Origin: a virus
Virus genome (UHGV): UHGV-1353943
Length of the DNA stretch: 32,893 nt
Direction: 5' to 3' (one strand)
The translations under genes and the position numbers were made by a program. Positions 7,273-16,124 of the stretch are shown one piece after another. Each line of letters begins with the position of its first letter. Position 1 is the first letter of the stretch. The notes under the pieces were generated by a model, which saw only the letters and a list, made by a program, of their open reading frames with translations, was not told where the DNA came from and ran no database searches.

Positions 7273-7434
7273 ATGACAAAACGTCGTAAGAAATACCAGG
7301 AAAAAGAAGAGATTCGACACCCTGATTCACCTGAGGGATTAGTGGTAGCCGCAGCAAATAACAGGGCGTTCGCAGAGCGCCTTGTTGGTGTTTACAGACT
7401 AGCCAAAGCAGGAGTGAAACATGGGCGTCGTTAA
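7273..7434 (+). CDS. Small basic protein (53 aa), not in the ORF track
   Basis: AGGAG RBS 7 nt before ATG 7273; MTKRRKKYQEKEEIRH...; 14-nt overlap with the O-like gene start. Confidence 0.4.
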   Translation: MTKRRKKYQEKEEIRHPDSPEGLVVAAANNRAFAERLVGVYRLAKAGVKHGRR

Positions 7435-8251
7435 GTTAGCTGATTACAGGCCTCAACTGGAGGTCGTGGAGCATCGCGTGGCAGAACTCGAAGATGGCTA
7501 CACTCGGACTGCAAACACACTGTTAGAAGCCGCCATGCTTTCTGGGCTTACTCTACATCAGTTACTGATTGTTATGGCTGTGTGGCGCAAGACATACGGT
7601 TACAACAAAAAAATAGATTGGATCGGAAACGAACAGTTCGCTGAACTCACTGGCATGGCACCAACCAAATGCTCTACCGCCAAAAACGAGCTTATCAGAA
7701 TGGGAGTTCTCATTCAGGTGGGGCGTCAAGTTGGTATGAATACAAACATTTCCGAGTGGAAAACGAAAGTTAACGGATTCGGTAAAACATTTACTAATTC
7801 GGTAAAACAAAGCTTCACCAAATCGGTAAAAAGCAATTTACCGAATCAGTCAAACACAAAAGACAATATACAAAAGACAATAAATACAAATACCCCCTTA
7901 CCCCCTAACGGGGGCGGCGATGGGCAGGTTAAACCTGAACGTCGCAAGGCAGAACGAATCGACTATGAATCCTTCCTGAACGCCTACAACACCGAAGTCG
8001 GTGACAGACTGCCACACGCTGTTGCGGTCAACGAGAAACGCAAACGTCGCCTGAAGAAAATCATTCCGCAACTGAAAACGCCAAACGTGGACGGTTTCAG
8101 AGCGTATGTCAGGGCGTTTGTGCATCAGGCCAAGCCGTTTTACTTCGGAGACAACGACACGGGCTGGACGGCAGATTTTGATTACCTGCTGAGGGAAGAC
8201 TCGTTAACGGGAGTTCGGGAAGGGAAGTTTGCAGACAGGGGGATTGCATGA
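7421..8251 (+). CDS. Replication initiator (lambda O-like, iteron-binding)
   Basis: 276 aa; position between cII and the DnaB-type helicase; iteron array inside the gene; AGGAG RBS. Confidence 0.65.
   Translation: MGVVKLADYRPQLEVVEHRVAELEDGYTRTANTLLEAAMLSGLTLHQLLIVMAVWRKTYGYNKKIDWIGNEQFAELTGMAPTKCSTAKNELIRMGVLIQVGRQVGMNTNISEWKTKVNGFGKTFTNSVKQSFTKSVKSNLPNQSNTKDNIQKTINTNTPLPPNGGGDGQVKPERRKAERIDYESFLNAYNTEVGDRLPHAVAVNEKRKRRLKKIIPQLKTPNVDGFRAYVRAFVHQAKPFYFGDNDTGWTADFDYLLREDSLTGVREGKFADRGIA
7778..7900. repeat. Putative phage origin: three direct iterons (TTCGGTAAAACA x2, ATCGGTAAAAAG), one inverted copy (TTTACCGAAT), then an A-rich tract
   Basis: Repeats at 7778, 7798 and 7822 plus inverted copy at 7837, followed by AAAAGACAATATACAAAAGACAATAAATACAAATA; all inside the initiator ORF. 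Confidence 0.6.
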
Positions 8252-9624
8252 GACAGGATATCGAAGCGAGCGTTATCGGTGGCCTGCTGATTGGTGGATT
8301 AACTCCAACCGCCAGTGACGTTCTGGCAACGCTGGAGCCGGAAGCGTTTTCAATTCCGCTCTACCGGAAAGCCTTCGAGGTTATCCGCAAGCAGGCGAGA
8401 AACAGAAACCTAATCGACGCGCTGATGGTTGCCGAGGCGTGCGGAGAGGAGCATTTCACGTCAATCCTGATGACCAGCAAAAACTGCCCGAGCGCCGCAA
8501 ACCTGAAGGGATATGCCGGAATGGTCGCGGATAACTATCACCGCCGTCTGGTGCTGGAAATCATGGATGAAATGCGTGAACCAATTCAGAGCGGAACCAT
8601 CGATACATCGAGTCAGGCGATGGACGAGCTTGTAAAGCGTCTTTCAGCCATCAGAAAGCCCCGTGACGAGGTTAAACCTGTACGGTTAGGGGAAATCATC
8701 ACTGACTACACTGACACGCTTGACAGGCGTCTGAGGAACGGAGAAGAGTCAGATACCCTGAAGACCGGAATCGAAGAACTTGACGCCATCACCGGAGGGA
8801 TGAACGCGGAAGACCTGGTGATTATCGCTGCTCGTCCGGGTATGGGGAAAACCGAACTGGCGCTGAAGATTGCCGAAGGCGTTGCAAGCCGCGTTATTCC
8901 TGGTTCTGACGTCCGGCGCGGAGTGTTGATTTTCTCGATGGAAATGAGCGCATTGCAGATTGCAGAGCGAAGCATTGCCAACGCCGGGAGGATGTCGGTT
9001 AGCGTGCTGCGAAATCCTGCATCGATGGATGACGAAGGCTGGGCGCGTGTTGCTAACGGCATGAGTCAGCTTGCAGATTTGGATGTATGGGTAGTCGATG
9101 CCTCGCGGTTATCGGTCGAAGAAATACGCTCAATCGCAGAACGGCACAAACAGGAAAATCCAAACCTGTCACTCATCATGGCGGATTATCTTGGCCTGAT
9201 TGAGAAGCCGAAAGCAGACCGCAACGACCTCGCAATTGCTCACATCTCCGGAAGCCTGAAGGCGATGGCGAAAGACCTGAAAACACCGGTTATCTCCCTG
9301 AGTCAGCTTTCGCGCGATGTTGAGAAGCGACCAAACAAACGCCCGACAAACGCAGATTTGCGTGATTCAGGAAGCATTGAACAGGACGCAGACTCAATCA
9401 TCATGCTCTATCGGGAAGCGGTATATGACGAGAACAGTAGCGCCGCACCATTTGCTGAAATCATTGTGACAAAAAACCGTTTTGGCTCGCTTGGTACGGT
9501 TTACCAGCGGTTCTGCAACGGACACTTTGTTGCATGTGACCAGGATGAAGCCAGACAGATTTGCACAGCATCAAATGCGCCCGCTGCGCGTGGCAGACGA
9601 TATGCACAAGGGGCTGACGTATGA
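8248..9624 (+). CDS. Replicative DNA helicase, DnaB family (P22 gene 12-like)
   Basis: 458 aa; Walker A ARPGMGKT, Walker B-like [11 protein letters not shown], DnaB-type C-terminal motifs. Confidence 0.9.
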   Translation: MRQDIEASVIGGLLIGGLTPTASDVLATLEPEAFSIPLYRKAFEVIRKQARNRNLIDALMVAEACGEEHFTSILMTSKNCPSAANLKGYAGMVADNYHRRLVLEIMDEMREPIQSGTIDTSSQAMDELVKRLSAIRKPRDEVKPVRLGEIITDYTDTLDRRLRNGEESDTLKTGIEELDAITGGMNAEDLVIIAARPGMGKTELALKIAEGVASRVIPGSDVRRGVLIFSMEMSALQIAERSIANAGRMSVSVLRNPASMDDEGWARVANGMSQLADLDVWVVDASRLSVEEIRSIAERHKQENPNLSLIMADYLGLIEKPKADRNDLAIAHISGSLKAMAKDLKTPVISLSQLSRDVEKRPNKRPTNADLRDSGSIEQDADSIIMLYREAVYDENSSAAPFAEIIVTKNRFGSLGTVYQRFCNGHFVACDQDEARQICTASNAPAARGRRYAQGADV

Positions 9625-9651
9625 CCATCTACGTCACTGAGCTAATAACAG

Positions 9652-9680
9652 GCCTGCTGGTAATCGCAGGCTTTTTTATT
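9652..9680 (+). terminator. Intrinsic terminator after the replication genes (GCCTGC-TGGTAATC-GCAGGC plus TTTTTTATT)
   Basis: 6-bp GC stem and T-tract read directly. Confidence 0.6.
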
Positions 9681-9696
9681 TGGGGGAGAGTAAATC

Positions 9697-9903
9697 GTGG
9701 TTGAGTTGATTTTCTCTGCATTGAGGCTTCTCAGTGCTATGTGGATGGTGGCGACGTTCATTGTGGTTGCCAGCAGTTTTGTCCGGTTGGTAGGCGAAGG
9801 TAAAGACCTGGTGGGTGTGCTTTTCGGTAGCATTCTCCTGTGGGTGATTATCGGTGTTATGCCTGTTGTCGTAGCAAAAATGGCGTGGCGTTTTGTGAGT
9901 TGA
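9697..9903 (+). CDS. Small hydrophobic (membrane) protein, GTG start
   Basis: 68 aa, mostly hydrophobic; GGGGGAGAG RBS 6 nt before the GTG; its 3' end contains a 27-bp linker repeat. Confidence 0.4.
   Translation: MVELIFSALRLLSAMWMVATFIVVASSFVRLVGEGKDLVGVLFGSILLWVIIGVMPVVVAKMAWRFVS
9877..9903. repeat. 27-bp direct repeat, copy 1 (AAAATGGCGTGGCGTTTTGTGAGTTGA)
   Basis: Matches 10724..10750 with one mismatch; both copies lie just upstream of an RBS and ATG. Confidence 0.7.
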
Positions 9904-9920
9904 ACTGAGGGTAAGTATCG

Positions 9921-10211
9921 ATGGACGAATCAAGAAAGCAGTTTGAAGAATGGTTTAAAAACAAATATCACGTTTCAAGTGACGTGATGAAGATTATGCA
10001 CATCAAGGTCGAGATTGCATGGGAGGCATGGCAGGCATCGCGAGCAGCTATTGAACTGGATATCGACTGGCCCGAATCGAATGACAACTTTTGGAAAGAT
10101 GGTGAAGAAGGTGCTTATGCGATGGGTTATGAGGATGGGAGAGACAAAACGGTAATTGCAGTAATGAAAGCTATCAGGGCCGCAGGAATCAAAGAAAAGA
10201 ATTTCGATTAA
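9921..10211 (+). CDS. Hypothetical protein
   Basis: 96 aa ORF with GAGG RBS; inside the repeat-bounded insert. Confidence 0.5.
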   Translation: MDESRKQFEEWFKNKYHVSSDVMKIMHIKVEIAWEAWQASRAAIELDIDWPESNDNFWKDGEEGAYAMGYEDGRDKTVIAVMKAIRAAGIKEKNFD

Positions 10212-10343
10212 GCAAATATCACTTCAATAAATCGCTTTTAAGGCATCACAATCGCTCTGTAGCGATGTAAACGCGTGCAATGTATGCCGATTAGCAGCGA
10301 GAATGAAAAATGCGTCAGAATGCGTTTGAGGAGGTTTTAAGAA

Positions 10344-10559
10344 ATGAGTACGATAGCTGAACTTGTCAGGGCTAATTTTCGTGAAGAGTTGGTGCGTTGG
10401 TATCGGTATCGTTCATCGTCCAGTTTGCCGCTTGATGAGTTGTATGAGCATTCACCTGCCGCACGACGCTATCCGCGTGACCGTGTTCTTCGACGGTTGT
10501 CCAAACTCAACAATGAGTTTCAGCGCAACAGAATTATTCGGAGTCTGGATTTAAAGTAA
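10344..10559 (+). CDS. Hypothetical protein
   Basis: 71 aa ORF with strong GAGGAGG RBS; Arg-rich. Confidence 0.5.
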   Translation: MSTIAELVRANFREELVRWYRYRSSSSLPLDELYEHSPAARRYPRDRVLRRLSKLNNEFQRNRIIRSLDLK

Positions 10560-10569
10560 AGGAGTGAGT

Positions 10570-10725
10570 ATGACAAATCAGCAGCAAATAGAGTTCATCC
10601 TTGAGCAGATCCGAAAAATGCGAGAAAAGAACCAGCCAGACATGATGGAACTATGGAGACGGCAGCGGGAAGAATGGCACAGGCATATTTTTGGTGAGAG
10701 AAAATGGGATGGATGGAGCCTATAA
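10570..10725 (+). CDS. Small hypothetical protein (51 aa), not in the ORF track
   Basis: AAGGAG RBS 6 nt before the ATG; translated by hand (MTNQQQIEFILEQIRKMREK...). Confidence 0.4.
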   Translation: MTNQQQIEFILEQIRKMREKNQPDMMELWRRQREEWHRHIFGERKWDGWSL

Positions 10726-10750
10726 AATGGCGTGGCGTTTTGTTAGTTGA
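10724..10750. repeat. 27-bp direct repeat, copy 2 (AAAATGGCGTGGCGTTTTGTTAGTTGA)
   Basis: See copy 1; lies immediately upstream of ninB. Confidence 0.7.
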
Positions 10751-10757
10751 GGTGACA

Positions 10758-11168
10758 ATGAAGCAAACAATCTTCCTCCGAACTAAGCAACAACAGCAAG
10801 CTGCAATAAATGCCATCCTCGCAACACCACTCGATAAAGACAAGCCAGTCACCATCCGCATTACTGACTACAAGCGCAACCTTGACCAGAACGCAAAATT
10901 TCACGCGATGCTGGCGGATATCGCACGTCAGGTTCAATGGTGCGATAAGTGGTTAAAACCAGAACAATGGAAGGTTTTGTTGATTAGCGGTCATGCAGTG
11001 GCAACAAAGCAGGAAGCTGATGTTTTGCCCGGCCTTGAAGGCGAATACGTCAACATTCGCGAAAGTAGCGCGCAGATGAGTGTGAAGCGTATGGCAAGTC
11101 TGATTGAGTACACGACAGCATGGGCTATTGGTCAGGGCGTAAGATTTACCGACAGGAGGTACGAATGA
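10758..11168 (+). CDS. ninB: NinB-like recombination protein
   Basis: Resembles lambda NinB (SLDQN motif); GAGGTGA RBS before ATG 10758. Confidence 0.7.
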   Translation: MKQTIFLRTKQQQQAAINAILATPLDKDKPVTIRITDYKRNLDQNAKFHAMLADIARQVQWCDKWLKPEQWKVLLISGHAVATKQEADVLPGLEGEYVNIRESSAQMSVKRMASLIEYTTAWAIGQGVRFTDRRYE

Positions 11169-11341
11169 GACGACAGCGACGAAGTATCACCGACATCATC
11201 TGCGAAAACTGCAAATACCTTCCAACGAAACGCTCCAGAAATAAACGCAAGCAAATCCCAAAAGAATCTGACGTAAAAACCTTCAACTACACGGCTCACC
11301 TGTGGGATATCCGGTGGCTAAGACATCGCGCGAGGAAATGA
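11165..11341 (+). CDS. ninE: NinE-like small protein
   Basis: [20 protein letters not shown]... resembles lambda NinE; GGAGG RBS; ATGA overlap with ninB. Confidence 0.5.
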   Translation: MRRQRRSITDIICENCKYLPTKRSRNKRKQIPKESDVKTFNYTAHLWDIRWLRHRARK

Positions 11342-11691
11342 CAATGGATTATTCACAGTTAAGTGATTTTGAAATTAACAAGCGAGTATTTAAAGCGATA
11401 GTGGGGGCAATACCATTAGGTTATCCGCACAACGCAGATGGACGGTCTGTCGGCAATGAATCAAATGGTAATTATCGATGGTACGACTACTGCAATAATC
11501 CTGAAGACGCAGAGCCGATTATCGTAGAGAACAGAATTGGCATTATTCCAGCGCCAGAAAACGGATTATGGAAGGCAGCGCATAGAAAAGTTGGCAGTGA
11601 TAGTACCCCATATCATATGACTCAAGATGAAAACCCACTCCGCGCCGCCATGATTGTCTTTCTCATGATGCAGGACGCTAATAATGCTTAG
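11338..11691 (+). CDS. NinX-like (DUF2591-type) protein
   Basis: About 117 aa; order ninE-ninX-ninF as in P22-like nin regions; start chosen at ATG 11338. Confidence 0.4.
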   Translation: MTMDYSQLSDFEINKRVFKAIVGAIPLGYPHNADGRSVGNESNGNYRWYDYCNNPEDAEPIIVENRIGIIPAPENGLWKAAHRKVGSDSTPYHMTQDENPLRAAMIVFLMMQDANNA

Positions 11692-11860
11692 CCCATCCCA
11701 ATCCCTTCAATACCAGAAAGAAAGCGTCGAGCGAGCTTTAACGTGCGCTAACTGCGGTCAGAAGCTGCATATGCTGGAAGTTCACGTGTGTGAGCACTGC
11801 TGCGCAGAACTGATGAGCGATCCGAATAGCTCAATGTACGAGGAAGAAGACGATGAATGA
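11684..11860 (+). CDS. ninF: NinF-like small Cys-rich protein
   Basis: 58 aa ([28 protein letters not shown]...CEHCC...), below the ORF-track size cut-off; matches lambda NinF as recalled. Confidence 0.6.
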   Translation: MLSPSQSLQYQKESVERALTCANCGQKLHMLEVHVCEHCCAELMSDPNSSMYEEEDDE

Positions 11861-12575
11861 GTTAATAAATGGCAATGCTATCAAAATGACAAGCATTGAA
11901 ATCGCTGAGTTGGTGGGTAAGCGTCATGACAATGTGAAACGTACCATCGAAACGCTGGCTAAAAATGGTGTTATCCGGCTTCCTCAAATTGAGGTTTCCG
12001 AAAGAATCAATAACTTAGGGTTCAATGTTCAGTACGAGCATTACGTCTTCGAAGGCGAACAAGGTAAGCGAGATAGTATTGTTGTTGTTGCCCAGTTGTC
12101 GCCAGAGTTCACCGCTCGCCTTGTTGACCGCTGGCGAGAGCTTGAAGAAGCTGCGGTTAATATCCCCAAAACGCTACCGGAAGCGTTGCGCCTTGCTGCT
12201 GATCTTGCTGAGCAGAAAATGCAGCTGGAAAACCAGCTCGCAATTGCCGCACCTAAAGTTGAGTTTGCCGATCGCGTTGGCGAGGCCAGCGGAATTTTGA
12301 TTGGAAACTTTGCAAAGGTTGTCGGTATTGGTCCAAACAAACTGTTTGCGTGGATGCGCGATCACAAAATCCTTATTGCTTCAGGTTCCCGGCGCAGTGT
12401 GCCAATGCAGGAATATATGGATCGCGGCTATTTCACAGTGAAAGAAACAGCAGTCAACACAAATCACGGAATACAGATATCGTTCACCACAAAAATCACC
12501 GGGCGTGGTCAACAGTGGCTGACCAGAAAGCTGCTCGATAACGGAATGCTGAAAGTAACAGGTGAGGCTGCTTAA
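11853..12575 (+). CDS. Phage regulatory protein, Rha-family N-terminus with antirepressor-type C-terminal domain
   Basis: 240 aa; MTSIEIAELVGKRHDNVKR is a Rha/pRha signature; C-terminal half resembles KilAC/ORF6C domains. Confidence 0.55.
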   Translation: MNELINGNAIKMTSIEIAELVGKRHDNVKRTIETLAKNGVIRLPQIEVSERINNLGFNVQYEHYVFEGEQGKRDSIVVVAQLSPEFTARLVDRWRELEEAAVNIPKTLPEALRLAADLAEQKMQLENQLAIAAPKVEFADRVGEASGILIGNFAKVVGIGPNKLFAWMRDHKILIASGSRRSVPMQEYMDRGYFTVKETAVNTNHGIQISFTTKITGRGQQWLTRKLLDNGMLKVTGEAA

Positions 12576-12865
12576 TGGCTAATCTACGCAAAGAAGCACG
12601 CGGCAGAGAATGCCAGGTACGTATTTACGGCGTATGCAATGGCAATCCTGAAACTACAGTTCTGGCACATTACCGGATGGCTGGAATTTGCGGAACGGGA
12701 ATGAAGCCTGACGACCTGATCGGTGCATGGGCTTGTAGTGCGTGTCACGATGAAATCGACCGACGCACCCATAATCTCGACAACAAAGACGCCAGACTTT
12801 ACCACCTCGAAGGCGTGATCAGAACGCAGGCGATACTGCTGAGGGAGGGGAAGATTAAGTCATGA
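12575..12865 (+). CDS. YbcO-like protein (DUF1364, putative nuclease)
   Basis: 96 aa; CQVRIYGVCNGNPETTVLAH...CSACHDEIDRR resembles the DLP12 YbcO family. Confidence 0.55.
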   Translation: MANLRKEARGRECQVRIYGVCNGNPETTVLAHYRMAGICGTGMKPDDLIGAWACSACHDEIDRRTHNLDNKDARLYHLEGVIRTQAILLREGKIKS

Positions 12866-13224
12866 ACGAATATCAGTTTGTGCTTCCATACCCGCCGTCG
12901 GTGAATACCTACTGGCGAAGACGGGGAAGCCAATATTACATAAGCGATAAAGGCCAGAAATACCGAAAAGACGTTCAGCAAATCATCCGCCAACTCAAGT
13001 TAGACATTTTCACCAAATCACGACTCCGTATCAAAGTCATCGCAGACGTTCCAGACTCCCGCCGCCGCGACCTCGACAACATCCTGAAAGGTTTACTCGA
13101 CTCCCTTATCCACGCCGGATTTGCGGAAGACGACGAGCAATTCGATGACATTCGCGTAATTCGTGGTGTGAAAGTACCAGGCGGACGGCTTGGAATAAAA
13201 ATTACCGAACTGGAGAACGCATGA
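12862..13224 (+). CDS. rusA: Holliday junction resolvase RusA
   Basis: 120 aa; PPSVNTYW...RRRDLDNILKGLLDSL...GGRLGIKITE matches RusA signatures. Confidence 0.8.
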   Translation: MNEYQFVLPYPPSVNTYWRRRGSQYYISDKGQKYRKDVQQIIRQLKLDIFTKSRLRIKVIADVPDSRRRDLDNILKGLLDSLIHAGFAEDDEQFDDIRVIRGVKVPGGRLGIKITELENA

Positions 13225-13409
13225 ACGCCACAATTCAAACGATACCAGAGCTTCTTATCCAGACACGAGGCAATCAGACCGAAGTGGCAAGGATGCTTTC
13301 CTGCGCAAGAGGAACAGTGCTCAAGTACAACCGAGACAGCAAAGGCGAGCGTCACGTAATAGTTAACGGCGTCCTGATGGTCAAACAGGGCAAGAGGGGA
13401 AGACGATGA
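13221..13409 (+). CDS. ninH: NinH-like protein
   Basis: 62 aa; TIPELLIQTRGNQTEVARMLSCARGTVLKY resembles lambda NinH. Confidence 0.6.
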   Translation: MNATIQTIPELLIQTRGNQTEVARMLSCARGTVLKYNRDSKGERHVIVNGVLMVKQGKRGRR

Positions 13410-14029
13410 GACTCGAAAGCGTAGCTAAATTTCATTCGCCAAAAAGCCCGATGATGAGCGACTCACCACGGGCTACGGCTTCTGACTCTCTTTCCGGTAC
13501 TGATGTGATGGCTGCTATGGGGATGGCGCAATCACAAGCCGGATTCGGAATGGCTGCATTCTGCGGTAAGCATGAACTCAGCCAGAACGACAAACAAAAG
13601 GCTATCAACTATCTGATGCAATTTGCACACAAGGTATCGGGGAAATACCGTGGTGTGGCAAAGCTTGAAGGAAATACTAAGGCAAAGGTACTGCAAGTTC
13701 TCGCAACATTCGCTTATGCGGATTATTGCCGTAGTGCCGCGACGCCGGGCGCAAGATGCAGAGATTGCCACGGTACAGGCCGTGCGGTTGATATAGCAAA
13801 AACAGAGCAGTGGGGGAGAGTTGTTGAGAAAGAGTGCGGAAGATGCAAAGGCGTAGGCTATTCCAGGATGCCAGCAAGCGCCGCATATCGCGCTGTAACG
13901 ATGCTAATCCCAAACCTTACCCAACCCACCTGGTCACGAACTGTTAAGCCGCTGTATGACGCTCTGGTGGTGCAATGCCACAAAGAAGAGTCAATCGCAG
14001 ACAACATTTTGAATGCGGTCACACGTTAG
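13406..14029 (+). CDS. Q: Late antiterminator Q (lambda type)
   Basis: 207 aa; sequence, length and position before pR' match lambda Q as recalled; zinc-binding Cys cluster present. Confidence 0.85.
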   Translation: MRLESVAKFHSPKSPMMSDSPRATASDSLSGTDVMAAMGMAQSQAGFGMAAFCGKHELSQNDKQKAINYLMQFAHKVSGKYRGVAKLEGNTKAKVLQVLATFAYADYCRSAATPGARCRDCHGTGRAVDIAKTEQWGRVVEKECGRCKGVGYSRMPASAAYRAVTMLIPNLTQPTWSRTVKPLYDALVVQCHKEESIADNILNAVTR

Positions 14030-14071
14030 CAGCATGATTGCCACGGATGGCAACATATTAACGGCATAATA

Positions 14072-14100
14072 TTGACTTTTTGAATAAAGTTGGGTAAATT
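14072..14100 (+). promoter_or_regulatory. Late promoter pR' (-35 TTGACT, 17-bp spacer, -10 TAAATT), overlapping the qut region
   Basis: Hexamers read directly; surrounding sequence is lambda-like. Confidence 0.7.
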
Positions 14101-14240
14101 TGACCAAACAATGGGTCAATTCGCTCGTTGTGGTAGTGAGGTAAAAAGAGGCGGCGCTTACTACCGATTCTGCCTAGTTGGTCACTTCGACGTATCGTCT
14201 GGAACTCCAACCATAGCAGGCTGAGAGGTCTGCAAAATGC

Positions 14241-14302
14241 AATCCCGAAACAGTTCGCAGGTAATAGTTAGAGCCTGCACAACGGTTTCGGGATTTTTTA
14301 TT
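14241..14302 (+). terminator. tR' terminator (long hairpin AATCCCGAAAC...GTTTCGGGATT plus TTTTTTAT); ends the short pR' (6S-type) transcript
   Basis: Extended inverted repeat and T-tract read directly; lambda-like. Confidence 0.75.
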
Positions 14303-14303
14303 T

Positions 14304-14378
14304 GGGTCAGTCGTATAAAGGTCATTACGGAAGGCTGTTAACCTTCTTATCGTGGTTCGAGTCCACGCTGTCCCGCCA
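14304..14378 (+). tRNA. tRNA-Asn-like (anticodon GTT), non-canonical D-arm
   Basis: Hand-folded: acceptor GGGTCAG/CTGTCCC (one T-T mismatch), anticodon stem GAAGG/CCTTC with loop CTGTTAA, T-arm CGTGG-TTCGAGT-CCACG, encoded CCA; D-stem only 3 bp. Confidence 0.5.
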
Positions 14379-14383
14379 AACAT

Positions 14384-14459
14384 GCTGGTTTAGCTCCAAT
14401 GGTAGAGCGGTCGCCTTGTAAGCGAATGGGTAGCGGTTCAAGTCCGTTAACCAGCACCA
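14384..14459 (+). tRNA. tRNA-Thr (anticodon TGT)
   Basis: Hand-folded 76-nt cloverleaf: acceptor GCTGGTT/AACCAGC, D-arm GCTC-CAATGGTA-GAGC, anticodon loop CTTGTAA, T-arm AGCGG-TTCAAGT-CCGTT, encoded CCA. Confidence 0.7.
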
Positions 14460-14701
14460 TAACTGAGCCGTAGCCACTGGCTGTCCTGAATTCATCAGTG
14501 ATAGTTACGCTGCGGCCTTCTACGCATGACCTTCGTGAAAGCGGGTGGCAAGAAGTTGCGCTAACAACCTCCTGCCGTTTTGCCCGTGCATATCGGTCAC
14601 GAACAAATCTGATTACTAAACACAGTAGCCTGGATTTGTTCTATCAGTAATCGACCTTATTCCTAATTAAATAGAGCAAATCCCCTTATTGGGGGTAAGA
14701 C

Positions 14702-15025
14702 ATGAAGATGCCAGAAAAACATGACCTGTTAGCCGCCATTCTAGCGGCAAAGGAACAAGGCATCGGGGCAATCCTTGCGTTTGCAATGGCGTACCTTCGC
14801 GGCAGATATAATGGCGGTGCGTTTACAAAAACAGTAATCGACGCAACGATGTGCGCCATTATCGCCTGGTTCATTCGTGATCTTCTCGACCTCGCCGGAC
14901 TAAGTAGCAATCTCGCTTATATAACGAGCGTGTTCATCGGCTACATCGGTACTGACTCGATTGGTTCGCTTATCAAACGCTTCGCTGCTAAAAAAGCCGG
15001 AGTAGAAGATGGTGGGAATCAATAA
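14702..15025 (+). CDS. S: Holin S (lambda class I; dual-start antiholin/holin MKM motif)
   Basis: 107 aa, near-identical to lambda S as recalled ([20 protein letters not shown]...). Confidence 0.9.
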   Translation: MKMPEKHDLLAAILAAKEQGIGAILAFAMAYLRGRYNGGAFTKTVIDATMCAIIAWFIRDLLDLAGLSSNLAYITSVFIGYIGTDSIGSLIKRFAAKKAGVEDGGNQ

Positions 15026-15485
15026 TCAACGTAAGGCGTTCCTCGATATGCTGGCATGGTCAGAGGGAACTGATAACGGACGTCAGAAAACCAGAAATCA
15101 TGGTTATGACGTCATTGTAGGCGGAGAGCTATTCACTGATTACTCCGATCACCCTCGCAAACTTGTCACGCTAAACCCCAAACTCAAATCAACAGCCGCC
15201 GGACGCTACCAACTTCTTTCCCGTTGGTGGGATGCCTATCGTAAGCAGCTTGGCCTGAAAGACTTCTCTCCGAAAAGCCAGGACGCTGTGGCATTGCAGC
15301 AGATTAAAGAGCGTGGCGCTTTACCAATGATTGATCGCGGCGATATTCGTCAGGCAATCGACCGTTGCAGCAATATCTGGGCTTCACTGCCGGGCGCTGG
15401 TTATGGCCAGTTCGAGCATAAGGCTGACAGCCTGATTGCAAAATTCAAAGAAGCTGGCGGAACAGTCAGAGAGATTGAGGTATGA
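15009..15485 (+). CDS. R: Endolysin R (lytic transglycosylase, lambda type)
   Basis: 158 aa, near-identical to lambda R as recalled; overlaps the S 3' end. Confidence 0.9.
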   Translation: MVGINNQRKAFLDMLAWSEGTDNGRQKTRNHGYDVIVGGELFTDYSDHPRKLVTLNPKLKSTAAGRYQLLSRWWDAYRKQLGLKDFSPKSQDAVALQQIKERGALPMIDRGDIRQAIDRCSNIWASLPGAGYGQFEHKADSLIAKFKEAGGTVREIEV

Positions 15486-15919
15486 GCAGAGTAACCGCGA
15501 TTATCTCCGCTCTGGTTATCTGCATCATCGTCTGTCTGTCATGGGCTGTTAATCATTACCGTGATAACGCCATTACCTATAAAGAACAGCGCGATAAAGC
15601 AACGTACATCATCGCTGACATGCAGAAGCGTCAACGTGATGTAGCAGAACTTGACGCCAGATACACAAAGGAGCTTGCTGATGCTAACGCGACTATCGAA
15701 AGTCTCCGTGCTGATGTTTCTGCTGGTCGTAAGCGCCTGCAAGTCTCCGCCACCTGTGCAAAGTCAACGACCGGAGCCAGCAGCATGGGCGATGGAGAAA
15801 GCCCAAGACTTACAGCAGATGCTGAACTCAATTATTACCGTCTCCGAAGTGGAATCGACAAGATAACCGCGCAGGTTAACTACCTGCAGGAATACATCAG
15901 GACGCAATGCCTGAAATAA
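15482..15919 (+). CDS. Rz: Spanin, inner-membrane subunit Rz
   Basis: 145 aa; N-terminal TM ([21 protein letters not shown]) as in lambda Rz; central part diverges. Confidence 0.8.
   Translation: MSRVTAIISALVICIIVCLSWAVNHYRDNAITYKEQRDKATYIIADMQKRQRDVAELDARYTKELADANATIESLRADVSAGRKRLQVSATCAKSTTGASSMGDGESPRLTADAELNYYRLRSGIDKITAQVNYLQEYIRTQCLK
15681..15866 (+). CDS. Rz1: Spanin, outer-membrane lipoprotein Rz1 (embedded in Rz, +1 frame)
   Basis: 61 aa from ATG 15681 with AAGGAG RBS; lipobox LVVSAC, Pro-rich; nested in Rz. Confidence 0.7.
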   Translation: MLTRLSKVSVLMFLLVVSACKSPPPVQSQRPEPAAWAMEKAQDLQQMLNSIITVSEVESTR

Positions 15920-15950
15920 TTTTTTTGCAAATCACAAAGTCCATTTAATG

Positions 15951-15976
15951 AGCCTCGCGATGCGGGGCTTTTTTTA
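15951..15976 (+). terminator. Intrinsic terminator after the lysis cassette (AGCCTCGC-GAT-GCGGGGCT plus T7)
   Basis: 8-bp stem and seven T read directly. Confidence 0.65.
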
Positions 15977-16124
15977 CATCTGAATTTCACAGCGCATCTC
16001 ACGCGCATATTACATCACCCGAGCCTTTCAGAAAGTTGAGCCTGAGAACTGCCGTATATGGTGGCGACCATCTCGGGGCGGCTTTTCTGTGAGACAGGCT
16101 CACTTTCTAAAAGGTAAAGACGCT

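Noticed and set aside
7778-7846. Short repeats considered as a possible CRISPR array
   Set aside because: Only 12-bp units with irregular spacing inside a coding sequence; consistent with origin iterons, not CRISPR repeats and spacers. No CRISPR array elsewhere in the window.
9621-9704. 27-codon hydrophobic ORF starting at the dnaB stop (ATGA overlap)
   Set aside because: Its sequence is largely the stem and T-tract of the intrinsic terminator at 9652..9680; more likely terminator than gene, though a tiny coupled peptide cannot be excluded.
12025-12541. Alternate-frame and antisense ORFs within the Rha/antirepressor gene
   Set aside because: Contained within a longer ORF with a recognisable family signature.
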